In this document: piece after piece, positions 54,687 through 64,000 of the stretch | Numbering within the stretch: the first letter of the stretch is position 1 | How the letters are laid out: each line of letters starts with the position of its first letter | DNA from: Gordius albopunctatus | Lineage: Eukaryota | Length of the DNA: 64,000 nt | Direction of reading: 5' to 3' | NCBI GenBank assembly: GCA_964276515.1 | Contig: OZ193910.1 | Span: forward strand, 6,510,001-6,574,000 | The notes under the pieces: model-generated | What the model saw: the letters and a program-made list of their open reading frames with translations, nothing else | What the model was told of the DNA's origin: nothing | The model's database searches: none | Program-made: the position numbers and the translations under genes

Positions 54687-56695
54687 CTAGATTTAAAGCG
54701 AAAATTGTGCCTATAAATCAGGCAAGATTCTTACTTTTTTATTTCCCACCCATATTTTATCACTTAAAATTGACGCGAGAGCATCGAAATGTGTGTATTT
54801 TGTCGTAATCGATGACGCAATACGTGGAATATTTAACTTTTTGATTGTTGGTAGTAATTATACAGCTCGAAACAATTTCATTATCGCGTTCTCGCTTTAC
54901 TTACTCCCTTTCAGACGCCATTACGCCAATTCCGTTGAGGGCGGACACCTAACATTCTGCCCGACGCAAAATACTCTAAAATCCGTAAATCTCCTATAAA
55001 ATGGCGCCTAGAATCAAAAATTAATTCACAAATGTATTCCTACGACGTCCCCTATGTGCTAAGGATCGCCCCTGATCGTAACTGGATTCAAAAAAATATT
55101 TAAAAAGGTTACAACACCAAGGATTCCCAAGCGGTCACCCATCCAAGTACTAACCGGGCTCAACGTTGCTTAACTTCGGTGATGTTTTCAACGTGATATG
55201 GTCGTAACCCTAGATTTAAAGCGAAAATTGTGCTTATAAATCAGGCAAGATTCTTACTTTTTTATTTCCCACCCATATTTTATCACTTAAAATTGACGCG
55301 AGAGCATCGAAATGTGTGTATTTTGTCCTAATCGATGACGCAAAACGTGGAATATTTAACTTTTTGATTGTTGGTAGTAATTATACAGCTGGAAACAGTT
55401 TCATTATCGCGTTCTCGGTTTACTTACTCCCTTCCAGACGCAATTACGCCAATTCCGTTGAGGGCGGACACCTAACATTCTGCCCGACGCAAAATACTCT
55501 AAAATCCTAAATCTCCTATAAAATGGCGCCTAGAAAAATTAGTTCACAAATGTATTCCTACGGCGTCCCCTATGTGCTAAGGATCGCCACTGATTGTAAC
55601 TGGATTCCAAAAAATTTTTAAAAAGGTTACAACACCCGGGATTCCCAAGCGGTCACCCATCGAAGTACTAACCGGGCTCGACGTTGCTTAACTTGGGTGT
55701 TCGGAAGGGAACCGGTGTTTTCAACGTGATATGGTCGTAACCGTAGATTTAAAGCGAAAATTGTGCTTATAAATCAGGAAAGATTCTTACTTTTTAATTT
55801 ACCACCCATATTTTATCACTTAAAATTGACGCGAGAGCATCGAAATGTGTGTATTTTGTCGTAATCGATGACGCAATGCGTGGAATATTTAACTTTTAGA
55901 TTGTTGGTAGTAATTATACAGCTCGAACCAGTTTCATTTTCGCGTTCTCGGTTTACTTACTCCCTTTCAGACGCCATTACGCCAATTCCGTTGAGGGCGG
56001 ACACCTAACATTCTGCCCGACGCAAAATACTCTAAAATCCTAAATCTCCTATAAAATGGCGCCTAGAATCAAAAATTAATTCACAAATGTATTCCTACGG
56101 CGTCCCCTATGTGCTAAGGATCGCCCCTGATCGTAACTGGATTCAAAAAAATATTTAAAAAGGTTCCAACACCCGGGATTCCCAAGCGGTCACCCATCCA
56201 ACTACTAACCGGGCTCAACGTTGCTTAACTTGGGTGTTCGGAAGGGAACCGGTGTTTTCAACGTGATATGGTCGTAACCGTAGATTTAAAGCGAAAATTG
56301 TGCTTATAAATCAGGCAAGATTCTTACTTTTTAATTTCCCACCCATATTTTATCACTTAAAATTGACGCGAGAGCATCGAAATGTGTGTATTTTGTCGTA
56401 ATCGATGACGCAATACGTGGAATATTTAACTTTTTGATTGTTGGTAGTAATTCTAATTATACAGCTCGAAACAGTTTCATTATCGCGTTCTCGATTTACT
56501 TACTCCCTTTCAGACGCTATACGCCAATTCCGTTGAGGGCGGACACCTAACATTCTGCCCGACGCAAAATACTCTAAAATCAGTAAATCTCCTATAAAAT
56601 GGCGCCTAGAATTAAAAATTAATTCACAAATGTATTCCTACGGCGTCCCCTATGTGCTAAGGATCGCCCCTGATCGTAACTGGATTCAAAAAAAT

Positions 56696-56764
56696 GGGCT
56701 CAACGTTGCTTAACTTCGGTGTTCGGAAGGGAACCGGTGTTTTCAACGTGATATGGTCGTAACC
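56696..56764 (-). pseudogene. 5S rRNA: 3'-truncated 5S (nt 1-69)
   Basis: Same junction. Confidence 0.9.
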
Positions 56765-59700
56765 CTAGATTTAAAGCGAAAATTGTGCCTATAAATCAGG
56801 CAAGATTCTTACTTTTTTATTTCCCACCCATATTTTATCACTTAAAATTGACGCGAGAGCATCGAAATGTGTGTATTTTGTCGTAATCGATGACGCAATA
56901 CGTGGAATATTTAACTTTTTGATTGTTGGTAGTAATTATACAGCTCGAAACAATTTCATTATCGCGTTCTCGCTTTACTTACTCCCTTTCAGACGCCATT
57001 ACGCCAATTCCGTTGAGGGCGGACACCTAACATTCTGCCCGACGCAAAATACTCTAAAATCCGTAAATCTCCTATAAAATGGCGCCTAGAATCAAAAATT
57101 AATTCACAAATGTATTCCTACGACGTCCCCTATGTGCTAAGGATCGCCCCTGATCGTAACTGGATTCAAAAAAATATTTAAAAAGGTTACAACACCAAGG
57201 ATTCCCAAGCGGTCACCCATCCAAGTACTAACCGGGCTCAACGTTGCTTAACTTCGGTGATGTTTTCAACGTGATATGGTCGTAACCCTAGATTTAAAGC
57301 GAAAATTGTGCTTATAAATCAGGCAAGATTCTTACTTTTTTATTTCCCACCCATATTTTATCACTTAAAATTGACGCGAGAGCATCGAAATGTGTGTATT
57401 TTGTCCTAATCGATGACGCAAAACGTGGAATATTTAACTTTTTGATTGTTGGTAGTAATTATACAGCTGGAAACAGTTTCATTATCGCGTTCTCGGTTTA
57501 CTTACTCCCTTCCAGACGCAATTACGCCAATTCCGTTGAGGGCGGACACCTAACATTCTGCCCGACGCAAAATACTCTAAAATCCTAAATCTCCTATAAA
57601 ATGGCGCCTAGAAAAATTAGTTCACAAATGTATTCCTACGGCGTCCCCTATGTGCTAAGGATCGCCACTGATTGTAACTGGATTCCAAAAAATTTTTAAA
57701 AAGGTTACAACACCCGGGATTCCCAAGCGGTCACCCATCGAAGTACTAACCGGGCTCGACGTTGCTTAACTTGGGTGTTCGGAAGGGAACCGGTGTTTTC
57801 AACGTGATATGGTCGTAACCGTAGATTTAAAGCGAAAATTGTGCTTATAAATCAGGAAAGATTCTTACTTTTTAATTTACCACCCATATTTTATCACTTA
57901 AAATTGACGCGAGAGCATCGAAATGTGTGTATTTTGTCGTAATCGATGACGCAATGCGTGGAATATTTAACTTTTAGATTGTTGGTAGTAATTATACAGC
58001 TCGAACCAGTTTCATTTTCGCGTTCTCGGTTTACTTACTCCCTTTCAGACGCCATTACGCCAATTCCGTTGAGGGCGGACACCTAACATTCTGCCCGACG
58101 CAAAATACTCTAAAATCCTAAATCTCCTATAAAATGGCGCCTAGAATCAAAAATTAATTCACAAATGTATTCCTACGGCGTCCCCTATGTGCTAAGGATC
58201 GCCCCTGATCGTAACTGGATTCAAAAAAATATTTAAAAAGGTTCCAACACCCGGGATTCCCAAGCGGTCACCCATCCAACTACTAACCGGGCTCAACGTT
58301 GCTTAACTTGGGTGTTCGGAAGGGAACCGGTGTTTTCAACGTGATATGGTCGTAACCGTAGATTTAAAGCGAAAATTGTGCTTATAAATCAGGCAAGATT
58401 CTTACTTTTTAATTTCCCACCCATATTTTATCACTTAAAATTGACGCGAGAGCATCGAAATGTGTGTATTTTGTCGTAATCGATGACGCAATGCGTGGAA
58501 TATTTAACTTTTAGATTGTTGGTAGTAATTATACAGCTCGAAACAGTTTCATTTTCGCGTTCTCGGTTTACTTACTCCCTTTCAGACGCCATTACGCCAA
58601 TTCCGTTGAGGGCGGACACCTAACATTCTGCCCGACGCAAAATACTCTAAAATCCTAAATCTCCTATAAAATGGCGCCTAGAATCAAATATTAATTCACA
58701 AATGTATTCCTACGGCGTGCCCTATGTGCTAAGGATCGCCCCTGATCGTAACTGGATTCAAAAAAATATTTAAAAAGGTTCCAACACCCGGGATTCCCAA
58801 GCGGTCACCCATCCAACTACTAACCGGGCTCAACGTTGCTTAACTTCGGTGTTCGGAAGGGAACCGGTGTTTTCAACGTGATATGGTCGTAACCGTAGAT
58901 TTAAAGCGAAAATTGTGCTTATAAATCAGGCAAGATTCTTACTTTTTAATTTCCCACCCATATTTTATCACTTAAAATTGACGCGAGAGCATCGAAATGT
59001 GTGTATTTTGTCGTAATCGATGACGCAATACGTGGAATATTTAACTTTTAGATTGTTGGTAGTAATTATACAGCTCGAAACAGTTTCATTATCGCGTTCT
59101 CGGTTTACTTACTCCCTTTCAGACGCCATTACGCCAATTCCGTTGAGGGCGGACACCTAACATTCTGCCCGACGCAAAATACTCTAAAATCCTAAATCTC
59201 CTATAAAATGGCGCCTAGAAAAATTAGTTCACAAATGTATTCCTACGGCGTGCCCTATGTGCTAAGGATCGCCCCTGATCGTAACTGGATTCCAAAAAAT
59301 TTTTAAAAAGGTTACAACACCCGGGATTCCCAAGCGGTCACCCATCGAAGTACTAACCGGGCTCAACGTTGCTTAACTTCGGTGTTCGGAAGGGACCCGG
59401 TGTTTTCAACGTGATATGGTCGTAACCGTAGATTTAAAGCGAAAATTGTGCTTATAAATCAGGCAAGATTCTTACTTTTTTATTTCCCACCCATATTTTA
59501 TCACTTAAAATTGACGCGAGAGCATCGAAATGTGTGTATTTTGTCGTAATCTATGACGCAATACGTGGAATATTTAACTTTTAGATCGTTGGTAGTAATT
59601 ATACAGCTCGAAACAGTTTCATTTTCGCGTTCTCGGTTTACTTACTCCCTTCCAGACGCCATTGCGCCAATTCCGTTGAGAGCGGACACCTAACATTCTG

Positions 59701-60909
59701 CCCGACGCAAAATACTCTAAAATCCGTAAATCTCCTATAAAATGGCGCCTAGAATCAAATATTAATTCACAAATGTATTCCTACGGCGTGCCCTATGTGC
59801 TAAGGATCGCCCCTGATCGTAACTGGATTCAAAAAAATATTTAAAAAGGTTCCAACACCCGGGATTCCCAAGCGGTCACCCATCCAACTACTAACCGGGC
59901 TCAACGTTGCTTAACTTGGGTGTTCGGAAGGGAACCGGGGTTTTCAACGTGATATGGTCGTAACCGTAGATTTAAAGCGAAAATTGTGCTTATAAATCAG
60001 GCAAGATTCTTACTTTTTAATTTCCCACCCATATTTTATAACTTAAAATTGACGCGAGAGCATCGAAATGTGTGTATTTTGTCGTAATCGATGACGCAAT
60101 ACGTGGAATATTTAACTTTTAGATTGTTGGTAGTAATTATACAGCTCGAAACAGTTTCATTTTCGCGTTCTCGGTTTACTTACTCCCTTCCAGACGCCAT
60201 TGCGCCAATTCCGTTGAGAGCGGACACCTAACATTCTGCCCGACGCAAAATACTCTAAAATCCGTAAATCTCCTATAAAATGGCGCCTAGAATCCAATAT
60301 TAATTCACAAATGTATTCCTACGGCGTGCCCTATGTGCTAAGGATCGCCCCTGATCGTAACTGGATTCAAAAAAATATTTAAAAAGGTTCCAACACCCGG
60401 GATTCCCAAGCGGTCACCCATCCAACTACTAACCGGGCTCAACGTTGCTTAACTTGGGTGTTCGGAAGGGAACCGGGGTTTTCAACGTGATATGGTCGTA
60501 ACCGTAGATTTAAAGCGAAAATTGTGCTTATAAATCAGGCAAGATTCTTACTTTTTTATTTCCCACCCATATTTTATCACTTAAAATTGACGCGAGAGCA
60601 TCGAAATGTGTGTATTTTGTCGTAATCGATGACGCAATACGTGGAATATTTAACTTTTTGATTGTTGGTAGTAATTATACAGCTCGAAACAGTTTCATTA
60701 TCGCGTTCTCGGTTTACTTACTCCCTTTCAGACGCCATTACGCCAATTCCGTTGAGGGCGGACACCTAACATTCTGCCCGACGCAAAATACTCTAAAATC
60801 CTAAATCTCCTATAAAATGGCGCCTAGAAAAATTAGTTCACAAATGTATTCCTAAGGCGTCCCCTATGTGCTAAGGATCGCCACTGATCGTAACTGGATT
60901 CAAAAAAAT

Positions 60910-60978
60910 GGGCTCAACGTTGCTTAACTTCGGTGTTCGGAAGGGAACCGGAGTTTTCAACGTGATATGGTCGTAACC
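60910..60978 (-). pseudogene. 5S rRNA: 3'-truncated 5S (nt 1-69)
   Basis: Same junction. Confidence 0.9.
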
Positions 60979-61388
60979 CTAGATTTAAAGCGAAAATTGT
61001 GCTTATAAATCAGGCAAGATTCTTACTTTTTTATTTCCCACCCATATTTTATCACTTAAAATTGACGCGAGAGCATCGAAGTGTGTGTATTTTGTCGTAA
61101 TCGATGACGCAATACGTGGAATATTTAACTTTTTGATTGTTGGTAGTAATTATACAGCTCGAAACAGTTTCATTATCGCGTTCTCGATTTACTTACTCCC
61201 TTTCAGACGCTATACGCCAATTCCGTTGAGGACGGACACCTAGCATTCTGCCCGACGCAAAATACTCTAAAATCCGTAAATCCCCTATAAAATGGCGCCT
61301 AGAATTAAAAATTAATTCACAAATGTATTCCTACGGCGTCCCCTATGTGCTAAGGATCGACCCTGATCGTAACTGGATTCAAAAAAAT

Positions 61389-61457
61389 GGGCTCAACGTT
61401 GCTTAACTTCGGTGTTCGGAAGGGAACCGGTGTTTTCAACGTGATATGGTCGTAACC
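61389..61457 (-). pseudogene. 5S rRNA: 3'-truncated 5S (nt 1-69)
   Basis: Same junction. Confidence 0.9.
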
Positions 61458-62395
61458 CTAGATTTAAAGCGAAAATTGTGCTTATAAATCAGGCAAGATT
61501 CTTACTTTTTTATTTCCCACCCATATTTTATCACTTAAAATTGACGCGAGAGCCTCGAAGTGTGTGTATTTTGTCGTAATCGATGACGCAATACGTGGAA
61601 TATTTAACTTTTTGATTGTTGGTAGTAATTATACAGCTGGAAACAGTTTCATTATCGCGTTCTCGGTTTACTTACTCCCTTCCAGACGCCATTACGCCAA
61701 TTCCGTTGAGAGCGGACACCTAACATTCTGCCCGACGCAAAATACTCTAAAATCCGTAAATCTCCTATAAAATGGCGCCTAGAATCAAAAATTAATTCAC
61801 AAATGTATTCCTACGGCGTCCCCTATGTGCTAAGGATCGCCCCTGATCGTAACTGGATTCAAAAAAATATTTAAAAAGGTTACAACACCAAGGATTCCCA
61901 AGCGGTCACCCATCCAAGTACTAACCGGGCTCAACGTTGCTTAACTTCGGTGATGTTTTCAACGTGATATGGTCGTAACCGTAGATTTAAAGCGAAAATT
62001 GTGCTTATAAATCAGGCAAGATTCTTACTTTTTATTTCCCACCCATATTTTATCACTTAAAATTGACGCGAGAGCATCGAAATGTGTGTATTTTGTCGTA
62101 ATCGATGACGCAATACGTGGAATATTTAACTTTTTGATTGTTGGTAGTAATTCTAATTATACAGCTCGAAACAGTTTCATTATCGCGTTCTCGATTTACT
62201 TACTCCCTTTCAGACGCTATACGCCACTTCCGTTGAGGGCGGACACCTAACATTCTGCCCGACGCAAAATACTCTAAAATCAGTAAATCTCCTATAAAAT
62301 GGCGCCTAGAATTAAAAATTAATTCACAAATGTATTCCTACGGCGTCCCCTATGTGCTAAGGATCGCCCCTGATCGTAACTGGATTCAAAAAAAT

Positions 62396-62464
62396 GGGCT
62401 CACCGTTGCTTAACTTCGGTGTTCGGAAGGGAACCGGTGTTTTCAACGTGATATGGTCGTAACC
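62396..62464 (-). pseudogene. 5S rRNA: 3'-truncated 5S (nt 1-69)
   Basis: Same junction. Confidence 0.9.
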
Positions 62465-64000
62465 CTAGATTTAAAGCGAAAATTGTGCCTATAAATCAGG
62501 CAAGATTCTTACTTTTTTATTTCCCACCCATATTTTATCACTTAAAATTGACGCGAGAGCATCGAAATGTGTGTATTTTGTCGTAATCGATGACGCAATA
62601 CGTGGAATATTTAACTTTTTGATTGTTGGTAGTAATTATACATCTCGAAACAATTTCATTATCGCGTTCTCGCTTTACTTACTCCCTTTCAGACGCCATT
62701 ACGCCAATTCCGTTGAGGGCGGACACCTAACATTCTGCCCGACGCAAAATACTCTAAAATCCGTAAATCTCCTATAAAATGGCGCCTAGAATCAAATATT
62801 AATTCACAAATGTATTCCTACGACGTCCCCTATGTGCTAAGGATCGCCCCTGATCGTAACTGGATTCAAAAAAATATTTAAAAAGGTTACAACACCAAGG
62901 ATTCCCAAGCGGTCACCCATCCAAGTACTAACCGGGCTCAACGTTGCTTAACTTCGGTGATGTTTTCAACGTGATATGGTCGTAACCCTAGATTTAAAGC
63001 GAAAATTGTGCTTATAAATCAGGCAAGATTCTTACTTTTTTATTTCCCACCCATATTTTATCACTTAAAATTGACGCGAGAGCATCGAAATGTGTGTATT
63101 TTGTCCTAATCGATGACGCAAAACGTGGAATATTTAACTTTTTGATTGTTGGTAGTAATTATACAGCTGGAAACAGTTTCATTATCGCGTTCTCGGTTTA
63201 CTTACTCCCTTCCAGACGCAATTACGCCAATTCCGTTGAGAGCGGACACCTAACATTCTGCACGACGCAAAATACTCTAAAATCCGTAAATCTCCTATAA
63301 AATGGCGCCTAGAATCAAAAATTAATTCACAAATGTATTCCTACGGCGTCCCCTATGTGCTAAGGATCGCCCCTGATCGTAACTGGATTCAAAAAAATAT
63401 TTAAAAAGGTTACAACACCAAGGATTCCCAAGCGGTCACCCATCCAAGTACTAACCGGGCTCAACGTTGCTTAACTTCGGTGATGTTTTCAACGTGATAT
63501 GGTCGTAACCGTAGATTTAAAGCGAAAATTGTGCTTATAAATCAGGCAAGATTCTTACTTTTTAATTTCCCACCCATATTTTATCACTTAAAATTGACGC
63601 GAGAGCATCGAAATGTGTGTATTTTGTCGTAATCGATGACGCAATACGTGGAATATTTAACTTTTTGATTGTTGGTAGTAATTATACAGCTCGAAACAGT
63701 TTCATTATCGCGTTCTCGATTTACTTACTCCCTTTCAGACGCTATACGCCAATTCCGTTGAGGACGGACACCTAGCATTCTGCCCGACGCATAATACTCT
63801 AAAATCCGTAAATCCCCTATAAAATGGCGCCTAGAATTAAAAATTAATTCACAAATGTATTCCTACGGCGTCCCCTATATGCTAAGGATCGCACTTGATC
63901 GTAACTGGATTCAAAAAAATATTTAAAAAGGTTACAACATCCGGGATTCACAAGCGGTCACCCATCCAAGTACTAACCGGGCTCAACGTTGCTTAACTTC

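Larger units (their letters stand above)
1..64000 (-). repeat. 5S rDNA tandem array, ~537-bp unit (119-nt 5S gene + ~418-bp non-transcribed spacer), about 112-113 units; runs off both window edges
   Basis: The same unit recurs every 533-538 bp across the window (479-523 bp where deletion alleles occur), interrupted only by two insertions of 1970 bp plus a 4-bp TSD. Copy number is estimated from length, not counted exactly. Confidence 0.98.

Noticed and set aside
48940..60960. Point variants next to the target (ccggGgt, ccggAgt) as selected transposon-escape alleles
   Set aside because: They occur in copies already carrying other damaging changes and descend from few events, so they cannot be distinguished from general decay.

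Overview
The whole 64-kb window is a eukaryotic (invertebrate-type) 5S rDNA tandem array of about 112-113 head-to-tail units. Each unit is ~537 bp: a 119-nt 5S rRNA gene on the minus strand plus a ~418-bp AT-rich spacer. All ORFs in the supplied track are spurious spacer frames. Two identical 1970-bp insertions (20891-22860 and 26624-28593) interrupt a 5S gene at the same position (nt 28-31). They have TGT...ACA termini, imperfect ~50-bp TIRs, a CCGG target-site duplication, internal 60-bp and 118-bp tandem repeats, and a short frameshifted peptide resembling the N-terminus of Gypsy-integrase-like (GIN/Ginger) transposases. This fits a non-autonomous Ginger1-type DNA transposon sitting in 5S rDNA. 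The element ends resemble the 5S target, and a recurrent 5S deletion allele breaks exactly at the same site, which suggests (inference only) a 5S-targeting transposon. The array is layered: a homogeneous, largely intact core (~6-46 kb) with a 3-unit higher-order repeat, and a diverged pseudogene-rich block from ~46.2 kb with nested 2.1-kb and ~8-kb duplications. The organism cannot be identified from the sequence alone.
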